DNA of 64,000 nt from Blepharisma stoltei ATCC 30299. Its lineage: Eukaryota > Protista > Ciliophora. A program made the position numbers and the translations under genes. Under the pieces are notes generated by a model. It had not been told where the DNA came from and ran no database searches. It was given only the letters and a program-made list of their open reading frames with translations. Location: NCBI GenBank assembly GCA_965603825.1, contig CBFDEM010000015.1:310001-374000 (forward strand), read 5' to 3'. This document shows positions 45,026-56,146 of this stretch, one piece after another (within the stretch, counting starts at the first letter, position 1; each line of letters begins with the position of its first letter).

Positions 45026-45625
45026 TTACCATAATTTTTCTAATGCTTTAGTCGTATCTACACTTCCTAATTCTGCCAACTCCAATAAAGACTCAGTTGG
45101 CAGTGCTGCATCAAGTACTTTACAGTTATTTATCTTCCCCATCAACATATCATAATTATCACTAACTTTCTTCTGCAAATCCAAGTACTCATATCTCTCT
45201 TCTCCAAAGTTTCCTCTTAATTGAGCTTCTCTTGGGTCAAGCTTTAAGTAGAGCACAATATCAGGCTTTAGAAGTCCTATATCTGAAGCCATGCATCATT
45301 CCAAATCTAGCCCTTTGGCGGCAGAATAAACAACTCCAGAATAAGCGTATCTGTCAAGGATAACGTTTTTTCCAGCATTTAATGTCTGTTCAATGAGGCC
45401 TTTGCACTCCCATCTGTTTGCAGAAAACAACAAGTGGATTGCTTCATCACTCATGTGTATTGAATTAGTTAAATAGCTATTTATCATAGAACCAATTTGA
45501 GTTTGCCTGTTAGGAAATGACATTATTTCAGAATTACCCAGTCTCGCAGCTAGAGCACGCACAAAAGTAGATTTTCCTGATCGATCGATGCCCTCAACGA
45601 CAATAAAAAGCCCTCTTACAGCCAT
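45026..45625 (-). CDS. DTYMK: Thymidylate kinase (dTMP kinase)
   Basis: EGIDRSGKST P-loop, FPNR, HLLFSANRWE, DRYAYSGVVYS, GLDLEW(TGA)C, PD, GEERYE. Confidence 0.95.
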
Positions 45626-45633
45626 TTTAATTA

Positions 45634-47958
45634 TTAAGATAATAGTTCAGGATATCTATATATAATCATCTTCATCAAGGTTTGGTTTTCTAAGAACTGG
45701 ATGTGGGCAGCTCTACCTATAAACGAGTCCAAAGATTTCTCGGCGATTTTGAAATTTATGTCAAGGCGGTAAAGAGTATCAACACTCATAAGAGAAAGGA
45801 GGTTGCTTGCCATTTCCATGTAGATTTCGCCTTTATCTGGGTCATTTGCAGCACGCTGAGAAACTTCCATTCTTGCTGAGTCATATGGGACATATTGGTC
45901 TTGGAAGCTACTGACTAATGCGACTTGTTTGAACCAGCCTAGACCCTTTTTGGTGGATAGCTCATACATGAAAGTTTGTCTCATGTTTCTGTTGTCGCCC
46001 ATAGTAAGCTGCTGTAGACACCTTGATTTCCTTCACTTTTTAAGAAGCCACATGCCAGCATCAATGATCCTTGATGAATTGTACATGTAGCCTAGGTGGG
46101 GACTTGAAAAAGACATATACAGGTGCATTCGTGATGAGTATTGCTCTAAGTATGGCAGTGCTGACCTAATTATAAGTCCTCCTAAAGAATGGCCTATAAA
46201 AGAAAGTCTGCCCAGAGATTTATTAGGACACCACTCAGATATAAAATTCATGACCTCCTGAGCTAGCCTAACTCCCATTTCTCCTATATCCCCTTCAGTT
46301 GAGTCTTCATTAGAATTGGAGCACAAAAATAAAGCTTCTGGGTGAACAGTGGCAATATTATTTTTCATTAATCGCATATCAAAATGGTTTCCTTGAAACC
46401 CATGGACTAATACAATTAAGTGTACTCCTCTATATAGCGTATTTTGCTTAAAAGAAATTTCGCTATCGAAGTTTTCAAAACTGTCGCCAGTACTTTGTGA
46501 TAATGGATGCATTGAATTAATGGCGCTATTAATTTCTCTTATACAGATATCTTCAAATAAGATTGGGTGGATTTCTGGGCTTGGAAGCATGCCTTCTTCT
46601 TCTATTGGCATAGGCTCTGGAGTTCGATAGACTCTATCTTGTCTACGCTGCTGAGCAACTATGTCATGTGTGACCCCTATATTTTCATCTGAGGATAAAT
46701 TAAAATCTTTAGTCTTTATAACATTTCTAATAATGCTTTCACTTCATCTTTCTTTAAATTTTTCGCTGAAATTTTCTTGAAGGAGAGTCGAAAGTGGTCT
46801 TGGAGCTAGTTTTACTAAATCAAGAAGTCTGTGCCATAGCTGAAGAAGTTGCCCTGCCATAAGATTGATATCAGTCAGCAGCATCCCTGCAATTTTTGTT
46901 GGATCATGTGATGCTACTCTTTCACTAAACCTTGAGCCTGATCCCTGCCTTTCTTCTTCAAGGCCTGAAATACTACTTAAAGAAATTTCTGGTCTGTCTT
47001 CTTTGTTTTCATCAATATAATCTAGCGCTGCGGATGACTCATTCATGGAGTCTATAAAGTTTTTACGATTCAGGGGATATGAGACTTGCACTTGACTGCC
47101 TGGAAGTGTTAAATGAGGTGGCAAGCAGATCGGTCCAAGTGACTCTTTTTCCCTTTGATTCAAGCATTTTCCTGTAAATAATAAAAAGCAGTTTCTTAAT
47201 TTTTCATAGGAATTCGCCATCATTTCAATATATTTGTGATAAATCTTGTCAGTTTCCTCAGCACCTACATAGGATTTTGGCTTTCCCTTGCTATCCTTAA
47301 ATAGATACTCTGCAAAACTAGTGTATCCAAGTTTTTGCTTTGAATTTTTCGGTGACGATATTTGTGGTAGCACGCGGTACCTAAAATCAAGCAAGGAAGT
47401 ATGCACCATAAGGTTGGCTATCGAAAAATAATTTTCACTGAACACAAGTGGATAGAATTCGTGCATTCCTGATGCTCCCGCGCTTAAGGTCAATTTCGAT
47501 TTTGCGACACTTTTGAATTCCAGCTGATGCTCCTCAACCATTTCATAAGCTTTCTCAGGAGTGACTTCTCCTCCAAGGTCGCTGAACATTAGTTCAACAT
47601 CAATAAAGATTTCTTTTTTCAAAATATTTAGTTCTTCGTCAATTTCAGTTCTAAAATAGCCAATGTCGTTCAGTTCGACTTCTTCTTCACAATATCTGAT
47701 CAAAAAGGCTCTGGTATAGTAGATTTTGGTAGACTCATCTTTACCAGCTGGCATTACATGGTGAGGGTCGTGCTTCTGTGTCCTTTTGCTCCTTACAACA
47801 TAAGTGCTAATCACATTATAAGGATGAGCTGGGGTAACGCTAGCTGGAGTTGCTGTATAGACTGAGAACTTGAGGAAATAAAGCCCTTGATGGAATAAAT
47901 CTATGTTCCGGAAACTTTCCACATGAATTGCCACTTCAACGATTCCTTTTAAAGACAT
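45634..47958 (-). CDS. FAM135: FAM135-like protein (DUF676 alpha/beta-hydrolase, putative lipase)
   Basis: FRNIDLFHQGLY N-terminus; HLIVLVHGFQG, SFIGHSLGGLIIR, SPHLG, QDQYVPYDSAR, IGRAAHI; three ORFs joined by TGA=W. Confidence 0.9.
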
Positions 47959-47972
47959 TTAAAATAATTAAA

Positions 47973-49565
47973 TTAGTTTTTGAGAGTATTAATTATATGC
48001 TGATCCATCACCTCTGAGAGATTGGAGTATTCTTTGAAGCCTGGGAATACGTTTAGATCCACAATAATATAATCATTTGTATGGGATTGGACCAGGATAT
48101 CATAGCCAAAAATAGTGATCTTAAGGGAATTTGTAATTATTTGAGCTCCCAATCTGACGATTTCCATACTTAGATCTCTGATTATTTGCTTGTCTTCTGA
48201 TTTAAGACTTTGTGGCCACGGCTGATCGCTTCTAAAAGAAACTACTCCTTGTCCCGAAACTAAATTACTGCAAGAAGGTCGAGAAAAGTATCGAATATCT
48301 TCTCCTAATGCATATACCTTGTAAACTGTTTTGTCATGATTAATATATTCTTGCAGAATTAATTTTTCTTGGAAATTTGTGAATGCTGTAATAAGGCCTT
48401 CAAAATCAAAAACCACGCACATGAAATGTGACAAATCTGAGACTGATGATTGGTCTGTTTTCACTAAAAGTGGGAAGTTTATGCTATGACTTTCCATTTC
48501 ATTTCTCACAAAAGGTATTGAATCGGGGCTCGGCTGTAAAATATCTATTTGCCAAGGAAGCCTTAGTCTCATTTCATTTATGAAAATACCAGAACCGATT
48601 GTTTCTTGTAGCTTTTTATACATATCTCCTCTTTTCAGTAAATATTCTATGCATTCTAAGCTATCTATGATTTTGATATCTGGGTGCTGATCTATAAAGA
48701 GCCTAAGGCTGCTTAAAGCATGTGCTTTCTAGCTAGATTTTACCTTCATCGACAAGAGATCAACAGCCTTGTGAACAATGACATCATAAGATCCAATTTG
48801 AGAAAAATCCGCATAAGGGTCAATAAAGTTATATCAAACTTTGTTGCTGCTTGCAAAACACCCTTTCATCCCAATGATTTCTCTTTTTTTCGCTGTTGGG
48901 ATAATATATCCAGCCTTTATTCCAAGAGGCTCATAAAATTCAATAGCGCTTTCCAGTAGACTTAAAGAAGATATTGTTCTTGGGTATTTGATTCTCCCAG
49001 AGTTAATAGCTTCAATGTTTCTTTCCTAAATAAGTTTTACCTGGTCTGAAGCCGAAATGTCTAATCAAATTGACTTGATTCCAGCATTAATTCCACAAGC
49101 AATATCCTTATCAAGCATATCACCAATTATATAAGTTTTATCAAGCACAGCAGATGCGTTTTCACCTAAAATAGATATAATCGTGTGAATAAAATTGGGA
49201 TCAGGCTTCTTTATACCAAGCTCCCCAGATATAAAAACTCTGTGAAAAATATCCCTTAGCTTTTGAGTTTCATCTCCTAATTCATCTATTATTTTGTTCG
49301 TTTTTGGAATATTAGAAGAATTTATTGCTAGAATCATGCAATATCCTTTATTCTTTAGCAATTTTAGCACTTTCATGGTATCTTTTCAAAGTCTGTAGCC
49401 TGATATATCGATTAAGGTTGATTCTTTTTTGTCTTCTTTCAGCGAATCAGAATCAGATTTTGCATAAGTAGAAGCATTTAATTGGTTTAATTTTTTTCTT
49501 GCTTCACAAGAGGGAGCTTTCACCAAGGTGTTCACTAAATCGAAAATAAGAATGCCATTCTCCAT
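47973..49565 (-). CDS. Fusion of N-terminal HAD-like hydrolase and C-terminal inositol-tetrakisphosphate 1-kinase (ITPK1-type ATP-grasp); 2 introns
   Basis: HAD: IFDLVNTL, ISGELGIKKPDP, IGDMLDKDIACGINAGI; ITPK: DVIVHK, HPDIKIID, FPLLVK, SHFM, LQEYINH...YKVY, RPS, FGYD, DLNVFPG; one frame after removing 49026-49040 and 48729-48743. Confidence 0.85.
48729..48743 (-). other. 15-nt spliceosomal intron
   Basis: gtaaaatctagctag; in-frame TAG within the ITPK N-terminal domain. Confidence 0.88.
49026..49040 (-). other. 15-nt spliceosomal intron
   Basis: CAG|gtaaaacttatttag|GAA; in-frame TAG at the end of the HAD core. Confidence 0.85.
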
Positions 49566-49983
49566 TTTAATTGTGAAACAAATACTTTATAGAATCAGTA
49601 TTTTTTAATAATGATTGATTATTACCCCTGAAACATATCAAATTTTTATTCCATAAGAGTCTCAAGCTCGTGTTTTATAAATTTTCTGTATTTTCTATTT
49701 TTAAAAGAGCCTAATTTTTATTATTTTTTATTGCTTTTATCTATTCGAAAGTAAATTAATAATAATAATAATACAAAAAAATATAGTAATTTTATTATTT
49801 AATAGTCTATCTTATAAATAAAAATGCCATTGGTTTAATGATCTTAGCAATTAAGAGCAACTACCACCGGCTTTTATATTAATAAATACAATCTAGAATA
49901 AATTCTGTGATAATAAATAAACTTTTTTTCGAGTTAGCGAGTGAATAAAATGCTACTGTGTTAATGTTTAAAATATTATTAAA

Positions 49984-52560
49984 TTACATGCTATTTGATC
50001 CTAATTCAAGCTTTTTTAGCTTGATCTGCAATTCATTAAAAATTTTTCCTGGATATTCATTTGGTTCTGATTTTTCAATAATGAGCTTGCATTTTAGGTA
50101 GAAATGTATGGCTTTATCTCTTATCTTCATATTAAAATAAGTATTTCCAATATTTCAGTATACAGCTAATAAATTCTTGCTATAAGGATCTAACAACTTT
50201 TCATAAATATTTATAGCATTTAAACAGTGAGATTCGGCAGAGCTTCAGTCCTTAAGATTATAATATAAAGCCCCTAAATTGAGACTTACGTCACCCATAT
50301 TAACTGTGTGGCCCATCCCACATCTTTGCAAAGTTTCCTGGCATTTTTGATAATAAGCCTTGGCTTCATCCACTTTGTGATTTTGATTCTTTAAATTTCC
50401 TATGTTCATAAAAAGTGTCGCAAGGTCTGGAAGATGATAAGGGTCTTTCCCTTGAAAAATTGTTAAAGCATCCATTAAATATTTTTCTGCTTCCTCAACC
50501 CTATTTAATTTTGAGCATAAGGTGCCATATTCCATATATGCCCTTGCTAACTCTACATGATAGGGAGGATAAATTCTTTTGGCTATATTTAAATTATTAA
50601 CTGAAAGATTTTCAGCTAAATTCATATGCCCAAGCCCTCTGTAGAAAACTGACATTATAAGATATAGAGTGCTTAAATCTTCTTCATCTTTTAAAATATT
50701 TTCTCTCAACTCTTTGCATTTCATAAACCTGTTATGAGCTTCATTATTATTTCCTAAATCAGCACACAGGCAAGCAACCTCGAAATTAAAATCAGCTTCA
50801 TCCTTCTTTTCTCCAGTTAAAAATTTGGAAGCATAAGAAATATTTTCTTCAGCTTTATGATAATTTCTTATTGTTCTGTAAAATCTGGCTCTAAAAAGAT
50901 AAAATTGAAATAATTTTTCATTTTGCCCAAGCTTCTCAAAAACCGGATAAGCTTTCGTTAGATATTCTTCAGATTCAGGGTATTCTTGTTTATCGTAGTA
51001 TGCACCTGCTAAAATTAAATAAGCATCTGCGAGCTTTCCCAAATTATTATATATTTTACAAATATCAGCTGATTGCTTTAGTAGAGCAATTCCTCTTCGA
51101 ATATCTCCTATATCCAATTCTGTGTTAGCAATATTTAGATAGACATCTCCAATAGCTGGATGCTTTTGTGGCAAATATTTTTCGTAGATATTTCTTGCTT
51201 TTCTAAAGGCTTTGTGCGCTTTTTTGTAATTTTTAACTTTTCTATAAGCAATTCCTATATTCATATAGATTCCAGCAAGACTCCCTTCATCAACAATTTT
51301 ATTTTTAAAAATTTGTTTTACCAGTTTGAGTAAAACCAAACCATCTGATATCTGGTTTTTCCTTAAATACATGGTGCTATAGCTAAAAAGAAAAATTGCA
51401 TAATCTTCACCATTACTATTTGCTGCCTCAAGCATTCTTTTAGCTATGCAAAAGTATGTCTCTGCTTTTTTAAAATTTGAGCTTATTAAATACAGCAGTG
51501 CAATGAGATTATAAGCTTTAAAAATATCTTTATGCTGAATATTTTTCCCAAATTTTAATCCCATTTTATAGAACTTCATTGCTTCTTCCCTTTTCCCTAC
51601 ATCTTTCAAGAGAATTCCAAGTCTTAAAAACAGCCAAAATTTCTGAGGATTTGATTTGTCTATCTTTTTAATAGCTCTTTTATAGCATTTTATTGCTTTT
51701 CTTTGGAGCGAAATCGCAGTATATAGTTGGGCAAGTTCAAAATATAATGCTGCTCTATCTTTTTCCTTAAAAAATGCTTTGGCTTTCCTAACTGCTTTTG
51801 CAAAATGTGTATAGTCTTTGGCTTTGAGAAATGGAAAAATTGATGAATATAGTTCCTGCCTAATAATATCAAGTTTATCATCAGTCTTTTCTAAATCATA
51901 AATATATTTGCATCTTGAAAAAGTCATTTCTGCCATTTCATATTCTCTATTGCATAGAAATTCAAATCCCATTCGATAAAAAGCATCGGATAAATTCTTT
52001 TCATTTTTGATGTTAGTATTGGTGATGCCAAATGTATAATGCTCGCTAAAACTAAAAAAATTAAAGTTTACTAATTTTTTTTTAATTGCATTCGTTTCAT
52101 CCAATAAGGTGCTATTTTCTAGATCTATTTTCAGAACTTTAATATATTTTGAAGTAACTTCAGGAGTTTGAATTAAATAAAAATCAGCAACACTTGGGCA
52201 TGGCTGTTTCTGAATTTTTTCAGTTTTCAAAATGTATAAATAGATACTATTTATCAATTGAATTGTTTCTGAAGAACTTTTAATTAGAATTTGCATTTCA
52301 CTTAGAGATCAAGAATTACTTTTTTGAGCAATAAAAGTTCTCTCTTTAGCAAGAAATGTTTGAATTTCTATTTTAAGAGAATCTAGCTTATTGAGTATTA
52401 AGGATTTTGATTCAATATTAATTTCATCAAAAAATTCTTCTTTCATATGGCTTCCGGCTTCACTCTCTATATGCTCATTATAGTGTTTTATGCAAAGATT
52501 TATATCCTTACATCTGCACTTGCAGGTCGCCTCAAATAAACATTTTTGGCGTATGCTCAT
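49984..52560 (-). CDS. Tetratricopeptide-repeat protein with N-terminal Cys/His cluster (858 aa)
   Basis: Many TPRs (YMNIGIAY, HPAIGDVYLNIA, FMNIGNL); extended at both ends via TGA=W; TAA 49984-86. Confidence 0.85.
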
Positions 52561-53097
52561 ATTTCTATTTGTAGTTAATTTTATAATATTCCCAAATAAT
52601 TATTGAAGCAGCTGTAAAAATAGCATTAAAGTGTTTATTAAAGCCTGGCCGGATTATTGTAATGTTTTACCTAATAGTATCCTAAAAAAATTATAATTAT
52701 GGAATATAAAACTAATTATGCTTATTTCATTTTATTAGATTTTCCATGCATACAATTTTAATTTTTTCCTATTTAATATGAATCAGTTTTCACTTAAACA
52801 CCTTCAACTCAAAGCAAAATAAATTTGAGTATTTGTTTCGAAAATTTATATTAAATTATCATGCTCCGAAATGCTAATAAGCGAATATAAGCAGACCAGT
52901 CCTAATTCTTTAAAAATCAGTAGAGAAATATAAGTCATTATTTTTTGAATTATGAGAATAAAAAATAATTTCAAAATTATTGAAGCAAATACCAAGAATA
53001 AATACGATTAAATTTCAAATATCTAAGGAATTGTGCTTAATTAATTATTTGTTCTAAATGCTTACTTCCCCCATATTTAAAAAAAGTTAACGATAAC

Positions 53098-54378
53098 ATG
53101 CATAAGAGAAAATACGAACACACTCCAAGCTACAGCACTCCAAGCCAATCTGTAGCCCGTAGCAGCCGTAGTTCATCCACACACAACAGCAACAAAGTAA
53201 CTGTTATTTAGACTGATCGATATCTCAATTCTCGCAAGATCGACTATGTTCCAGGATTTAACATCAGCACATCTGCATATGCTGATAACGAGTCTTCAAG
53301 TCTTTACAGCCACTTGTGCTATTCAGATTCCACACTTACTTCCAACGACGCCCCGCTATTTCGAAGCACTTCTACAACCTGCATCCCTTCTGCCTCCTAT
53401 CGAGCTTTGCCAACCCAGGCATCCCGAATTTTGGATGCTCCAGATATCCTTGACGACTACTACTTGAATGTTTTGGCCTGGTCAGATTCTAATCTATTAG
53501 CTGTGGCCTTGCGAAACAGGCTTTACCTCTGAAATGCTGCTAACGGAAGCGTCAGCCAATTGCTGGAATATCCTGCAGATATTATCACATCAGTCTCATG
53601 GATGAAGGGCGGCTCTTGTTTGGCTGTTGGCGACTCAGGACACACAATAAAGCTGTTCGATATTGACAAATCGTCAGAAATCCGAAGCATTTCAGCACAT
53701 GCAGATCGTGTTTCTTCTTTAGCATGAAACGGTTATGTTTTAAGCTCAGGAAGTAGGGATGCGTCTATAATCCAGCATGATTTAAGGATCCAAAATTACT
53801 TTGTGAAAAATCAAGCACATACCCAAGAAGTGTGTGGGCTGAAATGAAATCCTGAAGGCACACAATTGGCTTCTGGCGGAAATGATAATAAGCTTTGTCT
53901 GTGAGAATTAAGTTCGACTACTCCTCAGTTCACAGCTAATGAGCACACTGCAGCTGTAAAAGCTTTGGCATGATGCCCATGGAAGGCTAATTTATTAGCA
54001 ACTGGCGGGGGAACAGCTGATAAACAAATTAAGTTGTGAAACTCTGTGACGGGAAGCTGCATCAAATCTATTGACTCAGAAAGCCAAGTTTGCGGGTTAG
54101 AGTGGAACCAGCATGATAAAGAACTGCTGAGCGCTCATGGATACTCAAGAAACCAATTAACGCTATGAAGATACCCGGACATGAAGAAAATTAATGATTT
54201 TATGGGACACTCTGCAAGAATCCTCTGCCTCGCGCAAAACCCGGAAGGCTCGATGGTTGTTTCAGCTGGAGCAGACGAAACTTTGAGGTTTTGGTCGATT
54301 TTTGAAAGTTCTATTGTGAAAACCTCGAAGCCTACAGTAGAATCTCCAAGCAGAGGAATGGGATATGGGCAGAGATAA
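53098..54378 (+). CDS. CDC20: CDC20/Fizzy-family APC/C co-activator (WD40); 1 intron, 7 TGA-Trp
   Basis: C-box-like DRYLNSR, RILDAPDILDDYYLNVLAWS, HTQEVCGLKW, LASGGNDN, AAVKALAWCPW, ATGGGTAD, SQVC, GADETLRFW; CDC20 versus CDH1 not resolved. Confidence 0.9.
53197..53211 (+). other. 15-nt spliceosomal intron
   Basis: gtaactgttatttag; in-frame TAG just before the C-box. Confidence 0.88.
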
Positions 54379-54595
54379 ACTTTAATTTGTATAGACAATG
54401 ATATGCACAGTGTATATACACACAGTGATCTAGGTAATAATTTAAGCAATTAAATTTAACATTATGCTGATGCACAACAAATATTTTTTTCCAAAATTTT
54501 TAGTGAGAATACTTTGAAAAATTTAATAAATCTTTTGTGTTTTCTATTATTTTTTCATTTTCCAATCCTTATTTTATTTATAAAATCACAGGCAA

Positions 54596-56086
54596 ATGGC
54601 ATTGCGATTTTTAGGGAAATCAACTCTTGTCGGTACATCAATACTTGCAGCTTATTACGGGATAGCTGACAATCAACACAAGCAAGACCTGAAAGGTCTT
54701 TTTAAAAGCTCAATCAACGCTTGTCGAGCAAGTAAAATACTAGCCTTATCAGTATGAGATTACTACTATAATCTAAGAGGTCTTGAATATGTAAGTCCAG
54801 AATATCACGAGGCGAGATCCAAAATTCACTATCGAGTAGCCAACAGAATTCTCTCTCTAAGTGTAAGTAGTCGTGGTATTTACTTTAAAGCAGGCCAATA
54901 TCTTGGAAGCTTAGAAAGAATCATGCCTAGAGAGTTTACCGAAGTCTTGCATGTGCTCCAAGATAGCGCTCCACCTCTCAGCTATGATGAAATTAAAATA
55001 GTAATGGAAACAGATCTCCCCAGGTATCAAGATGGGTTTTTAAGTTTTGAGGAAAACGCAATCGCCGCAGCTTCATTAGCACAAGTACATGTAGCCCACT
55101 TAAAGACTGGAGAAAAAGTTGCTGTGAAATTACAGTATCCTTTTCTTCAGTCACAGACAAAGTCTGATTTTAGAGTGCTGAGAAATATAACTGCTGTGTG
55201 CAATTGGCTTTTGAAATATTATGATTATGAAGGAATGGATTTATTGAAGTTGTGGAAAACCTTCCATGATATGTGTACTAAGGAGATTGATTTTAATTAC
55301 GAAAGAGAAAACGCTGAAAAGACCAAAAAGATATTTGAAAATGATAAAAGGGTGTATGTGCCTAAAATTTATAGAGAACTGAGCGGGAAAAGGATACTTA
55401 CAATGGAATTTGTGTCAGGTGTAAAAATCAATGATACAAATGGGATGACTGCTGCTGGGTTTAATTTAAATAAAGTATCTGATATCCTCATGAACACCTT
55501 TGCTAGGATGATTTTCATTGAAGGCCATGTGCACTGTGACCCTCATCCTGGGAATCTTCTCATCAGAGCAGCTCAAGATGGGGATCCTCAGCTTATCCTT
55601 CTAGACCATGGCTTTTACAGGTCGATGGACAAAAACTTTAGAGTTGATTTTTGCAAGATCTGAAAAGCCATGCTTTACTTTGACTATACTGAAGTCAAAA
55701 GAATTTGTGACAAAATAGGCATCGGAGAATACTACAAATATTTGCCTTTGATTTTAACCTATAGGACTATAGATAGCAGAAAGCAGATTGGAGAAATCAT
55801 TAGCCAGGAAGACAAACAGAAGCTGCACAAATCCAATGATATTACGTTTGAAAAGATAACGAGGCTTATGCAGGTTCTTCCTCCTGATTTATTGTTCATA
55901 ATCAGAACTAGCAACTTAGTGGCTCTCCACAACTTAAAGCTAGGCGGAACTACAAGAAAGAGGCTGCTTCTCTATACTGACTATTCTCTGAAAGGTCTCC
56001 ACAAATACAGAATCAGCTACTATTGGGAAAAGCTTAAATTCTGGATTTGGAGGAACATTTTTGAATATTTTTTTATTACTCATTAA
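54596..56086 (+). CDS. ADCK1: ABC1/UbiB-family atypical kinase, ADCK1-like
   Basis: GIYFKAGQ (KxGQ), LQD.AP, AAASLAQVH, VAVKLQYP, EIDF..E, HCDPHPGN, LLDHG; two TGA=W. Confidence 0.88.
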
Positions 56087-56146
56087 TATTACATACTATT
56101 AATGCTAATATAACCATATTAATTTCCACCAAATTTACAAAAATAA

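Noticed and set aside
53098-54378. In-frame TGA as selenocysteine or cysteine
   Set aside because: Positions align with invariant Trp, not Cys, in several unrelated families; no SECIS recognised
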